A DNA stretch of 64,000 bases, from assembly GCF_006345805.1 (NCBI RefSeq), contig NC_043002.1, positions 112,344,001 to 112,408,000 of the forward strand. Direction: 5' to 3'. The stretch is from Octopus sinensis. Its lineage: Eukaryota. Made by a program: the position numbers and the translations under genes. Of this stretch, positions 50,242 to 63,950 are shown in pieces. Numbering within the stretch: position 1 is the stretch's first letter; the number at the start of each line of letters is the position of its first letter. The notes beneath the pieces were generated by a model. It ran no database searches. It saw nothing but the letters and a program-made list of their open reading frames with translations, and was not told the origin of the DNA.

Positions 50242-52109
50242 ATGTCTAGAAATTTTATTGTTGAACGCTGGTCGCGTTCTTTTATGGAACAACATTTCCC
50301 TAGTCTGGAAACGAAAGAGAAAAAAAAGAACGTTCGCACGGAAAATGCCAACGTGAAATTCGGTGAAAGGAACGCTGCAACCACGTGCGTTAACAGCCCT
50401 GTCACCACCGCCACCACCACCACTAACAACAGCAACCACGAGACAACAACTGCTACCACCACCACCTCCACCACCACCACTACCACGACCAACATAAATG
50501 ATAAAAATAAAACTGAAACGAAAACTATTGACAAAAACAACAGCAACAACAAGAACAACAATAAAAATGAACTATCTAATAGTGAAGATGCCAATACAAA
50601 AAAGTCAACAACAGTAAATTTCGCAGATATTCTTCGCCAGAAAAAGGAGATTGTTACATTCACAATGAAGAGCTCATAGAAACAAGAGCTCTCTTTACAA
50701 CCCGTGGACAAGATTTAGTCCTGCATACACCTCAACATATAAAACAAGAAATAGAAAATAAGACAATTGTATATAGAATTATTAGAAAAAACAAAAAACC
50801 AAATGAACAGATTACAAAAACTGATGTGGAGAAATGTTTAAAAAACATAATGAAAGAAAAGAGTATATAACTGGGGTCCCCAGTTTAACACAGTAGTGGT
50901 CCGCTTCCCTAACCAGGAAGTGGCAAAAGCTCACTCTACTGAGTCTCTGGGAAATGATGAAATCATCATGGTCCCTTATTATAAAAACCAGAGGGTGAGT
51001 AGATTACTATCAGAAATGTACCCCCCGATATGCCGAACAAATGGATAACAGGGGCAATCTGTTACCACTTGAAAAAGATCAATATTCTAGAAACAGCCGT
51101 GTACCTAAACGACAATTGGGGTGGAAAACCGTAGTAGTGACACCATCCAGATTGAGGGGCCTCTATCGAGAGCCTACCCGACAAGATATACTTGGAGAAT
51201 GGGCAATGCCTATATGTTATGGCACAAGGCAAAAAGCCTAGATGCTACAAATGTGGCAGCCCCGAACATTGATTGCCAAGTGCGATCTGGTACAAAAAAA
51301 ACAAGAAAGAACAATTCAGAAAACAATAAAATCCCTTTGTTGCCAACACCAACACCAACACACTCAATTATGGAACACGCCAAGAAAAACAACAAACCAG
51401 TAAACAAACCCCAACAACATCACCAAGAAAAACAGTACCAACACAATCACCGTTGACGTCACACCAATTAAACCTGTTGAATTAACAAAAAATAGACCCA
51501 CGCCCACACCCAGGACGACAATTAAAAAGACAGAAAACACTGACGAGAAGACAAATGCTACCCCTAACACCACAACAACACAAACAACGCACAAAAATCA
51601 ACAATTTATACAAGCATACATAGTGATCCTGTTCTTTTTCCTCTACCCCCATACTGATACCTCGGACGACGAAAGTTCGACGGAATGGCAAATAGCCACA
51701 GGGGGTAAAAAAAAAGATCCAAAAAATCCACCAAACAAGGAATTAAAGCAGGGAGATATCTAACTCAGGACAACATCCCCCTAGACAATCAAAAAAGTAA
51801 TGACCCGTAAAACCACACACACAACTAACTGCAATAGACACAGACAATAAAGAATTAATGGACTACATCAAATCTAACATGGTCGTCTGTGAAGATGACT
51901 TTAAGACAAACAATCATCTCGCACCCACACCACACGAAACACATCAGAATTTTACACATAACACAAGCACACACCACATACTGAAAACATTATTTCCGAA
52001 TGCGGTAGGCGGTATCAACGATACCTGTCAAAAAACTATACAACACCTCATCAAAAACGACACAAAAGAAGAAGAAGAAAAAAATGAAACTTTTAAAATG
52101 AGTAAGTGA
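50242..52109 (+). CDS. ORF1, gag-like (frameshifted): T/N-rich N-terminus, RRM-like region, zinc knuckle
   Basis: VVVRFPNQEVAK...RITIRNVPPDMP; CYKCGSPEH(x)IAKC at 51243-51283 is split by a 1-nt deletion. The 3' boundary is uncertain. Confidence 0.65.
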
Positions 52110-52164
52110 CCTCACTTCTTGCCTCTTGTCTCTTCTAAATAGTGGTAAAACACATTTTTCGTAA

Positions 52165-55100
52165 ATGTCAAGTATGCTTAAATTATGTTGTGTGAATGCG
52201 CGTGGCTTGGCGTCGGCTTGGAAGCAAGGTTACCTTCTAGACGACATCAAGTCACTGGACGTGGATATAGTAGCTATCAGCGAAACCAGACTCAGTACGC
52301 TGCGGGCCCTCGAGTCCATGTTTGGCAATCAATTTGACATTTATTTTTCTCCCTGTCTGCCGAACATGGGTGGTGGAGTTACTGCAGTGCTTTTTCGAAA
52401 GAGTCTAAAAGTAAAAGTAAGAGCAATATTCCTAGACCCGGAGGGTAGGCTAGTTGTCTTGGACGTGGATGGCAGAAATGGGTGTGCATTCCGTCTGATG
52501 GCAGTTTATGCACCGTCCTTAACGGGTCGGGCGGATTTCTTCAGACGTCTAGAGGTTTTCCTGGGTACGTCTAGACCTTTACTGTTAGTAGGGGATTGGA
52601 ACGCTACCTTGGACACGCATCTAGATTATGTGGGAAGGGATAGGAATAGAAGGGGGTGTAAGAGCCTCAAAGACCTGCTCAGACGTTTCCATTTGTCTGA
52701 CAGGTTCCGACTCGACCATCCGAACGTGCCAACGTGGACTTGGACAAACCGCGTCGGATCGTCGAGATCTTATCTAGATAGAATTCTATGCAGGACAGCG
52801 GATAGGGATAGTGTAGGATGTCCACAATTTAAAATAGTCAGCTACACAGATCACAAATTTGTTACGTGTACGCTCGACTTAGATAAAACACATAGGCAGG
52901 GTCCCGGTTACTGGAAACTGAACACGTCGCTGTTAGCGCGACAGGTTTACAGGAACCGGATTAGCGAGTTATTAAGAGGGCACTGACGGGAGCGATCGTT
53001 AACAACCGCTGGTGGTACGCCCTGAAAATGGCAATAAAATCGGAATCAATTAGGTTTAGCAAGGAATTAGCGATAGAACGAAATAGAGTAGAGGGAGACT
53101 TAGTTAAGAAACTAGAAGAGGCACTTACCACTGGCAGCGCAACCAACGTGCTGGCTGCGAGGATGGCCCTCGACCCACCTCAACGCCAAGCACGAAGGTT
53201 GCGTCGTCAGAGCTAAAATACGTGCCTTAAGGAACGAAGGGATTGAAGCTGCGCGAGAGGCCCGGGTAGCGGAGGCGCAGCGTGGCAACAGATCAACCAT
53301 TCGGTCTCTAATAGATCAACAGGGATGCAGTTTACTCGAACCCGAAAGGATGTGTGAGGCCTTTCAACAGCACTTTGCTCGACTGTTTGGTGCGAGTGGT
53401 GGGTCCGGAACGAGGGATGGATTTCAGTGCCTACCTGACCGACCTGCCGCGGCTCTCGGCAAGAGAAGCGGAGTGTTGTGAAAGTCCCATCACAGCCGCT
53501 GACGTGTGGGATGCGATGGCGGGCTGCGCGAGGATAAGTCGCCTGGATTGGATGGTTTACCCTACGAGCTGTATTGTCGAATGCCAGACTTGTTTGGCGA
53601 CCTCTTGGCATCAGTCTACTGCAACTGGCAACAAAACGGGAGAATCCCCGGTTTCGTGAGCCGAGGTGCAGTGACGTTGCTGAAGAAAGACTCAAACAAG
53701 GGGAATTTTATAGATAATTTCAGGCCCATCACTCTGCTCAACGCAGATTTGAAAATTTTGGCCAAAGTAATAGCCGAGAGGTTGGCGCTTGTCATTGGTA
53801 AACTGGTCGACAGGGCGCAAACATGCGCCGTGCCGGGCAGAACCATACATGACAACCTCCATCTGATGCGCTACATTGTGGACAGGGTAGTTAAGGATCC
53901 TGGCATGGGTGGGGCGCTGATAAATTTGGATCAGTCTAAAGCCTTCGATAGGGTCGACCATCGGTACTTGGCGGCCGTCCTCAGGGCGGCTGGCTTCGGT
54001 CCCGTCTTCCGCGGTTGGATCGCTGCCTTGTATAGCGGCATCCGATCGGTGATTCGGGTGAACGGTCCCTGTCTAAACCGTTTGACATCACGCGTTCGGT
54101 CCGTCAGGGGTGTCCCCTGTCGGCGCTTCTGTATGTATTGACTCTCGAGCCGCTACTGCGGAAGCTGGCGACACTGAGGGGCATCCCACGGGAACTGGGT
54201 TGCGGGACGAGCGTGTCGGCATATGCGGACGATGTCACCGTCATAGTGTCGAGCTACCAGCACATCGAGCTGGTCGGCGAGACACTAAGAAGATATGAAA
54301 CGGTGACGGGAGCAAAGATTAACCCGGAAAAGTCAGTGGGTTTGCTACTCGGCACCTGGAAAAGCAAGCCCATGCCGTCCGACTGCGGCTCAGTAGTGGG
54401 ACGCTGGACGGACGGACCGGTTAAATTGCTCGGGGTCTGGTTCAGTCCGGACCTCCAAATGGATAAGAACTGGGACGAGATCACGAGTAGAGTGGTCGCT
54501 CTCAGCCAAACATGGGCCGAGAGAAAGCTGTCTCTAAAAGGCCGGGCGGAGGTGGCGAACGCGTACATCGCATCCGTCATCGATTACCGCCTGACCGTCG
54601 TACCTTGTCCCGACGCCACCATCACCAAACTGGAACGCATACTCTTCCGCTTCCTGTGGAAGGGTGGCGTTCCGATGGTGAGGAAGTCCATTTGCTGTCA
54701 ACATCCGTTGAATGGAGGACTGGGCATGCCGTGGTTGATGATGCGCAGGCATGCGCTGAGACTGCGACATCTCTGGAAATTCATCGACGACGGTGAACAG
54801 GTGTGGGCGCCGTTTGTGAGGCGCGACTTCCCGCAGCTCGTCTCACTGACCGAACTGCAAACGTGGATCAAAAAGAGACCGAAACCGGGCGATTGGCACC
54901 GAGAGTGTCGCCAAGCTCTACAGCAGCTCTGCCGACCGGGGTCAAACTTGTGCAACTTCCAAACGACTAAAGCGTTCTATAGAGGACTAGTGGAGGGGAG
55001 GTCCGACGACACACTCGGGGCAAACCTGGGCGTCGACGAGGAATTCCTAACCCGCCTGTTCAGGACGACGTTCGGGCCGGGGCCTATGGATAACTTCCAG

Positions 55101-55610
55101 AAATCCCTGGCTTGGCAGTGCTATCGAGACGCACTACCTGTTCGAGAGAAGAGCTACAGACACGGTTCGAAAACCATCACCGGACCGACCTGCCCGAGAT
55201 GCGGTCAGAGCGACGAAACCGTTCTGCACGCACTCGTGCAGTGTCCAGATATTTCAGAGCTGTGGTCCTTCGTCGAACAGCTGTTGTCACGTGTAGGTCA
55301 GGCTCGCCTATCGGCCGAGTCTATCGTGAATATTGTTCCACCACCTTCCTTTAAACGGGAAGGGAAAACGGTTTTCGTTACGCTGATGGCTATGGCGAAA
55401 GAATGTGTGTGGTGGACGCGTTTGAAAGGACTGCAAACAAACACCTTCCTCTCTGGTCAGTCTCTCGTCAACTTTTTCAAGTACCACTTGAAAAGGAGGA
55501 TGAGAATAGAGAGGAAGGCTTTGTCGAACGAATGTTTTAATAAAAAGTGGGTAAAAGTGGCAAAAATGGTCAGTATGAAAGACGACACCATTTTAAGCAT
55601 AAATCTGTAA
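52165..55610 (+). CDS. ORF2 polyprotein (EN-RT-CCHC) with about 5 single-base frameshifts
   Basis: LCCVNARGL, ISETR, LVGDWNA, SYLDRIL, TDHK (APE); KSPGLDGLP, RPITLLNADLKILAK, LDQSKAFDRVDH, AYADDV (RT); CPRCGQSDETVLHALVQC. Confidence 0.85.
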
Positions 55611-55933
55611 CCAAAAGAGACAACGAGAAGTAAGGCGACTTACTCATGTGTTCTTTTTCGAATTGTCTGAGGTGACCTTGGTCTTTTTTGTAGGTTTTTC
55701 TTTCCAAGGCTACACCTAAACTGTGAACCTTATATATATATATATATTGCTTTTTATACACCACACACCCACAGATCCCTATTGATCAAACGGTTTTTTT
55801 TTTTTTTTTTTTTGCCCCACCCATCCCACCTCGAAAAGATAAAATTCTACATTGTATTTCGTCCATTTTTATTCTGTGTTTTAGCCTGTGTGGCTACAAT
55901 AAAAAGTTATCTATCTGTCTATCTGTCTATCTA

Positions 55934-55985
<52 letters not shown>

Positions 55986-56091
55986 CCATTTACCTAGCTA
56001 TGTACTTGTTCATATATAGTTCAGCTGTGTATACTGTGTTTATATACACACACATATGTTTGACGCTTAAATATATATATATATCACACAC

Positions 56092-56161
<70 letters not shown>

Positions 56162-56162
56162 T

Positions 56163-56203
<41 letters not shown>

Positions 56204-56949
56204 AGATAGATAGCAATGCTTGGTTTTATATATCAATAGTAACTGATAGCAAGTGACTGTTCAAAGAATCTTCGCCAAATGAGTTATGATAGAAGCAATG
56301 AAGATTTCTGACAGAGGACTGGTGGAAAATGGAAACGGTACGTTTGTTATATCTGCCTGGCAGTTATCTTCATCTTGTCAAGTTCTTGATATATCAATCG
56401 ATGTGCGGCCATCTCGGTATAATTGTCTCGTAGAGTTGAATGTCGCAAAGGTTAGAAATTGCCAGAAAATACAACAATCTATTTTACCTCCTGTTACAAT
56501 CAATATGCGTCATCGAAATCGTTTTGACGTCTCCAAACATTTGCAAACTTGTTGGCTAATCTAATTTCCTTCTTTGCTTTTCTCGCCTTCTTTTTATCTT
56601 TCTTCATTCAGTTATATATATATATATTTTTTCTTTCTCACTTTATTTAATTATCTTCTTCTTCATATACTTGTTCTTGTTCTTCTCTATTACAATGCTG
56701 TTGTAGGACATGCCTACAAATTTACATACCTAGCCACACACATGGATATGAATGCATGAATGTATTATGTATGTTCACATTTATTCGTGCATACATGTAT
56801 GCATGTATCTATGTATGAATGTTCGGGTTATGTATAAACGTATGCGTGGTACTTATGCCTGAGTATTTAATTTTTGTGTGATGCACGATTACATGATGCA
56901 TATGTATGCATTTACATGTCACGTATAAGTTACATATGTACATCTATAT

Positions 56950-57069
56950 ATAAGTGTATATATATATATATTTATAATAAGTGTATATATATAAATTATA
57001 CATATATCTATAAGTATAATATATCTATATATATATAATATATATATATATAGTGTATATAATATAGAT

Positions 57070-57120
<51 letters not shown>

Positions 57121-57382
57121 CGTAACATATATATCTACTATATATATATATATATATATATATTACATATATATTATACAATACATATATATATTATATA
57201 TATATATACATATATATATATACTATATGTATATATACATATATATATATACATACATTACATATATATATATAATATAATATATATACTATATATATAT
57301 ATATATATATGTAATATTATATATAGATTATGTATATTATATATTATATATATTATATAATATATATCTAATATATATATAT
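56950..57382. repeat. Degenerate (TA)n tract
   Basis: Direct reading. Confidence 0.9.
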
Positions 57383-57594
57383 ATAACGGGACAAGCTTTA
57401 TGAAAATAAACAAAAGACGAAGGCTGGTGGAATACAAACAAACATTGTATTAGTATGGCGCTCAGGAATATAAATAAAACAAGTCTTTTACGTTTCGAGC
57501 CAACGCTCTTCAGCAGAAAGATACACAGAAAAGAAACACGGAAAGAAACAAGGAGAGAAAAAATGCGTGCAGAAGCTAGCGAATCAACATGGCG

Positions 57595-57595
<1 letters not shown>
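57383..57595 (-). mobile_element. PLE-type terminal repeat in (TA)n
   Basis: Homologous to about 1655-1800; (TA)n on both sides. Confidence 0.65.
57484..57521 (-). ncRNA. Minimal hammerhead-like motif, core CUGCUGA
   Basis: ucuuu-CUGCUGA-a-gagc(guug)gcuc-GAAA-cg-UA-aaaga: 5-bp stem I, 4-bp stem II, ACGU palindrome. Confidence 0.55.
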
Positions 57596-57639
<44 letters not shown>

Positions 57640-57695
57640 ATATTATATATATAATATATATATATTCATACATACATATGTATGTATATATATAT

Positions 57696-57726
<31 letters not shown>

Positions 57727-57761
57727 TATATATGTATATATAATATATATATATATATATG

Positions 57762-57834
<73 letters not shown>

Positions 57835-57899
57835 TTATATATAATATATATATATAGATATTATATATATATGGGAATTACTGTTTATGATATCAGTGG

Positions 57900-58115
57900 C
57901 TCAGCGTGCGTAAAATCCCATAACGGTAAAAACATTAGCAATTAATAATTAAGGGAATTAACAAATTCATTTGCGCGCTTTCACTTTTGTGGTTTAGTGA
58001 AAATTTGTAGTTTGGTCATTTTGACTGCAATATTTAGCATGGCGGTACTGCTTGCTAGTGCCCTTAATTATTAATTGCAAATTATTTTTACCGTTATGGG
58101 CTTTTTGCGCATGCT
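57900..58115. mobile_element. MITE-like element with about 50-bp imperfect terminal inverted repeats
   Basis: cccataacggtaaaaa...aattaataattaaggg vs cccttaattattaatt...tttttaccgttatggg; the internal part is repeated at about 58355-58440. Confidence 0.55.
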
Positions 58116-58446
58116 AAGCCACTGATCCTCATATATATTTAAATAATTTTTATTCGTTTCGATCACCTTATTTAATTTGTTGCGGCATTAAAAACGGTTA
58201 TGGTGAACATTGGTGAGATGAATAATTTCTATAACTCTGGGGTCAGTAAGAGTTTTTCTCAAAGTTCGAAATCACGGTGATACGGGTATGTCTGGCCTTT
58301 TCAATTTTCGATTATTTTCCTCATTAGTACAGGGTTTTAGAATTTATATTTATTTACCCGCTTTCACCTTTGTGTTGAAGTAAAAATTTGACTGCTATAT
58401 TCAGCATGTCGGTACTGCTTGTTAGTACCCTTAATTATTAAAAAAA

Positions 58447-58478
<32 letters not shown>

Positions 58479-58479
58479 A

Positions 58480-58636
58480 TACGACGGTCTCCTTTCTGTT
58501 TCAGTCTACCAAATCCTCTCACGAGGCTCTGATTGGCCCGAGGCTATAGTAGACGACACCTGCCCGAAGTGCCACGCAGTGGGACTGAACCCGGAGCAAT
58601 AGTGTTGGGAAGTAAGCTTCCTACTACACAGCCCGC
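58480..58636 (-). mobile_element. SINE family C, 5' half (diverged)
   Basis: cagtctaccaaatcc...gccacgcagtgggactgaacccgg...ctactacacagcc. Confidence 0.8.
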
Positions 58637-58700
58637 ATATATATACATACATACATACATACATACATACATACATACATACATACATACACACACACAC

Positions 58701-58741
<41 letters not shown>

Positions 58742-58775
58742 TATATATATTATATATATATATATATATATATGA

Positions 58776-59188
<413 letters not shown>

Positions 59189-59704
59189 TATATCGTATCT
59201 TGCATAATTTATTTATATTATATTTTAGCAAAAATACCTCGTTACTGATTTTTGACGTTTCAAAAAGAAGAGCTGATTGAATTTTGATGTGCGGTAAGGA
59301 CGGCTCAACTTGCCGGTTCAGATTGGCTGAATAAGCTCCAAGACGGTGAAACTACGAAATCACTGCTGGAATAATTATGTGCTTGTTTGTTTGTGTTAGA
59401 GTGTGTGCACGTTACTGTATGTACTTATGATCGTGTATTAATGCATATGCATATATATAATTTAATGTACAATGTATTAAAAATAAGAGCTGTTAATAGT
59501 TTCTGGTCATTAAAAGTGTTTATAACATGCTTTTTGTCTCCAAACGATCTCCAGGGTCTGAACGCATGTTCTATTTGAAAATCCGGACGCAAGTACGTGA
59601 AAAACTACGAGGAAAAAAAAGAGATGGTTGATGCGAAAAGTGGAATAGGAAGACAAAAAAATGAATAGAAACGGAAAGAAAGTTCGCTGAAAGTTGTTTA
59701 TATA

Positions 59705-60118
59705 CTTGCATTTATTCTTTTACTTCTTTCAGTCATTTGACTGCGGCCATGCTGGAGCAGCGCCTTTAGTCGAGCAACCGACCCCGGACTTATTCTTTGT
59801 AAGCCCAGTACTTATTCTATCGGTCTCTTTTGCCGAACCGCTAAGTGACGGGGACGTAAACACACCACAGCGGTTGTCAAGCAATGCTAGGGGAAAAAAA
59901 CACAGACACACAAACATATACACTCACACTTATATATATATTATATCATATATACGACAGGCTTCTTTCAGTTTTCCGTCTACCAATCCACTCACAAGGC
60001 TTTGGTCGGCCCGGGGCAATAGCAGAAGACCTTGCCCAATATGCCACGCAGTGGGACTGAACCCGGAACCATGTGGTTGGTTAGCAACTACTTACCACAA
60101 CAGCCACTCCTGCGCCTA
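59705..60118 (-). mobile_element. SINE family C, full length
   Basis: Tail, internal microsatellite and head as in the other C copies. Confidence 0.9.
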
Positions 60119-61238
60119 TTGCCCAAGATGCCACGCAGTGGGACTGAACCCGGAACCATGTGGTTGGTTAGCAGCTACTTACCACAACAGCCACTCCTGC
60201 GCCTATTGCCCAAGATGCCACGCAGTGGGACTGAACCCGGAACCATGTGGTTGGTTGCAAGCTACTTACCACACAGCCACTCCTGCGCCTATTGCCCAGA
60301 TGCCACGCAGTGGGACTGAACCCGGAACCATGTGGTTGGTTAGCAAGCTACTTACCACACAGCCACTCCTGCGCCTATTGCCCAAGATGCCACGCAGTGG
60401 ACTGAACCCGGAACCATGTGGTTGGTTTGCAAGCTACTTACCACACACAGCCACTCCTGCGCCTATTGCCCAAGATGCCACGCAGTGGGACTGAACCCGG
60501 AACCATGTGGTTGGTAAGCAAGCTACTTACCACACCGCCCACTCCTTCGCCTATTGCCCAAGATGCCACGCAGTGGGACTGAACCCGGAACCATGTGGTT
60601 GGTTAGCAAGCTACTTACCACACCAGCCACTCCTGCGCCTATTGCCCAAGATGCCACGCAGTGGGACTGAACCCGGAACCATGTGGTTGGTTAGCAGCTA
60701 CTACCCACAGCCACTCCTGCGCCTATTGCCCAAGATGCCACGCAGTGGGACTGAACCGGAACCATGTGGTTGGTTAGCAAGCTACTTACCACACCAGCCA
60801 CTCCTTCTCCTATTGCCCAAGATGCCACGCAGTGGACTGAACCCGGAACCATGTGTTGGTTAGCAAGCTACTTACCACACAGCCCTCCTGCGCCTATTGC
60901 CCCAGATGCCACGCAGTGGGACTGAACCCGGAACCATGTGGTTGGTTAGCAAGCTACTTACACACAGCCACTCCTGCGCCTATTGCCCAAGATGCCACGC
61001 AGTGGGACTGAACCCGGAACCATGTGGTTGGTTAGCAAGCTACTTACCACACAGCCCTCTCCTGCGCCTATTGCCCAAGATGCCACCAGTGGGACTGACC
61101 CGGAACCATGTGGTTGGTTAGCAAGCTACTTACCACACAGCCCTCCTGCGCCTATTGCCCAAGATGCCACGCAGTGGGACTGACCCGGAACCATGTGGTT
61201 GGTTAGCAGCTACTTACCACACAGCCCCTCCTGTCGGC
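60032..61238 (-). repeat. 14 tandem copies of the about 86-bp SINE-C tRNA-like head
   Basis: Units start near 60032, 60119, 60206, 60292, 60378, 60466, 60554, 60641, 60726, 60813, 60897, 60983, 61070 and 61155. Confidence 0.92.
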
Positions 61239-61768
61239 CTTGCATTTACTGAAAATTTCAGAACTAGAAGTAAATGGTGCGGTGGAATTTCTGGATATAA
61301 AAAGCTTGATTGTATGTGGTGTGCAGTTGATCTTCAAACCCCATATATGGATAACCAGCATGGTGGCTTTAATTTTGTCGATGTGCCAGGAAGAAGACTG
61401 GTGGTTGCCTTCCATAGTGTCTTTTAAAATTGCTTCCATATAAGCTGATATAATTTCTTATAAACTGATATAATTTTTCTTTTCAGTTACGTCATCTTGA
61501 AGCGTTGCTGTGACTTCTACCTCAAAGACGACAGAGTTTATCTTACACGCGTAGGCAAGTGAGCAAACTTCGGGGTCTCGAGAGTTATTACACATAAGCC
61601 CGTCGGTAGGCTCACGAGTTATAATGTTCTTCATACTGAAACAGCAGCTGTATGATAGTTTTATCGTACGTCTATTAAAAATCTCCCTGTATTTATGGTT
61701 TACTGAAAAGTGCTTATCTAAAAGAGCCAGGAATTTCTTGCTTGCGTTAGTTTTAATATTTAGAGAGA

Positions 61769-62153
61769 GTGGAGGCGCAATGGCCCAGTGGTTAGGGCAG
61801 CGGACTCGCGGTCATAGGATCGCGGTTTCGATTCCCAGACCGGGCGTTGTGAGTGTTTATTGAGCGAAAACACCTAAAGCTCCACGAGGCTCCGGCAGGG
61901 GATGGTGGTGATCCCTGCTGTACTCTTTCACCACAACTTTCTCTCACTCTTACTTCCTGTTTCTGTTGTACCTGTATTTCAAAGGGCCGGCCTTGTCACT
62001 CTCTGTGTCACGCTGAATATCCCCGAGAACTACGTTAAGAGTACACGTGTCTGTGGAGTGCTCAGCCACTTGCACGTTAATTCCACGAGCAGGCTGTTCC
62101 GTTGATCGGATCAACCGGAACCCTCGTCGTCAGAACCGACAGAGTGCTTCCAC
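61769..62153 (+). mobile_element. SINE family A, 11-bp TSD
   Basis: TSD atttagagaga at 61758-61768 and 62154-62164. Confidence 0.92.
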
Positions 62154-63289
62154 ATTTAGAGAGAAAGGGCGGGTGGCAGACCATATATCGCAAGGTCTGT
62201 TTTTAAGTTTCGTAATTTTAATTGAAATGTTCTAATATATCTTATCTTTGAAGCCGTTGTTAACTAAACCCTTATCATAGCAGGGGCTGCTTTATCAAAT
62301 ATTTCTTTTGAAGAGGAGAAATTAGATATCGTATTACTGATATTAGCCATCAGTAGTACGATGGGGAGGGAGTGCGGTGACAAGACCTGGGATTAAGTAG
62401 TGTGATGAAATCCTTCGATTTAAAAATGTGAGATGTTTCAACCACACATTAACACTGTTTGTGTATATAAATGAGTTTATTGTAGGGTTTATAAGAGCGG
62501 GAGTTTAAGTCTAGGGAAACAACTAAAAAATGGACCTTGACAGACTAGTGTCGACAGTGGTTTTGGAGCATAATTGACTAAAGGTATAAATTAGGTTTTT
62601 CCTAAATTCATCTAGAGCATGATCATCACTGCCATGAGATATTCTCAACCCGTCGTCCTGGTAATATCGTAGATAGGAACTTAAAATCAGTGTATTTAAT
62701 GTAGAGACCTAGAAGATCGCGGTCGAAGGGAACGTAACTTTAATATTTTTTCTTTTTTTCTTGTTCTTTTCCGTTTACATTCCATGTTTTGCATCAGCCT
62801 TTTCTTTCTCATGTACCAGCCTGCAGAATGCATGGAAACACAAGGCACCATTTTAAAACCTACCTAACCACGTGCCTTAATGACAAGAAATTTTTAGGTT
62901 TTATTTCAATGTAGTGTATATCAAATGATATTTATATCTCATTAGACGGAGTATTTCTTGCACACACGCACACACATATCATGCATACCCATTTACACAC
63001 AATTGCACATAGTGTGTGCGCATGTGCATCCGCATGTGCAGCTGTGTGTGTTTGCGTATTAATGCATAAACAAATAAATACATTCAAACATGCATCTATA
63101 CCATACATATTGCTATACACAAATTTACACACAGATATTGTGTATACATGCATGTGTTGGAGAGTCCATGCTTGTGGATACAGGAATGAAATCAGAGACG
63201 GTAAAACGCTTTTAAGAGCAAAATTGAATCGGTAGAAAGTGCGTGGAAACCGAACGAATGGATTGTGTTTGATACTCAAAACGCCTTCT

Positions 63290-63435
63290 TTCTCATACAG
63301 TGTCAAGCTGTTTCTAGCTAATGATTGTATTGAGAGTACATGTGCTTGTAGAGTACTCAACCACTTACACTATAGTCCCGGATTAGATCATTCAGCTGAT
63401 CGAACAACTGGAATAATAATCGTCGAAACCGACGC
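63290..63435 (+). mobile_element. Old SINE-A-like tail relic
   Basis: agtactcaaccacttacac...gatcgaacaactggaa...tcgtcgaaaccgacg resembles the A tail. Confidence 0.45.
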
Positions 63436-63463
63436 ACGATGAATTTTATTTACACGCAAACAA

Positions 63464-63571
<108 letters not shown>

Positions 63572-63573
63572 GC

Positions 63574-63950
63574 TGCAGGAGACTCAAATGAAAAATATTT
63601 CTAATGTTTTCCATTACCAAAAAGGCTGGCCAGGCAGCAAAAACCCTGCGAGAATCAAGTCTGTTGGTTCGAGGAGCACAACTATTCAACTCCATTCCGG
63701 TACATGTCAGAAATCTATCAGGATGCAGTGTGGAATCATTCAAATTGCAGCTGGATAGATACTTAAGCACCATTAGAGATGGACCCCATCTCCCAGGATA
63801 TACACAACGAGCACAAACTGACTCAAACTCGCTCCTACACATGTCAAAATTAAACAGAGAATACAACCTGGCAACCACACCAGACTCTGAGGGTGGAGTC
63901 TTCGACTTGGCCTGAGCATGGACTCAAACTCAAATGAAATGAAATGAAAT
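63574..63950 (+). mobile_element. CR1-type LINE 3' end with (TGAAA)n tail
   Basis: SLLVRGAQLFNSIP..VRNLSGCSVESFKLQLDRYLSTIRDGP...SNSL; aaatgaaatgaaatgaaat tail; preceded by (TG)n. Confidence 0.75.

Larger units (their letters stand above)
50041..55905 (+). mobile_element. Full-length L1/Tx1-type non-LTR retrotransposon
   Basis: 5' UTR, ORF1 (RRM-like segment, CCHC), ORF2 (APE endonuclease, RT, C-terminal CCHC), 3' UTR with AATAAA at 55898-55903; (TCTA)n on both flanks. Confidence 0.9.

Noticed and set aside
60032-61238. CRISPR-like array
   Set aside because: There are no unique spacers and no cas genes; the unit is a SINE head in eukaryotic DNA.
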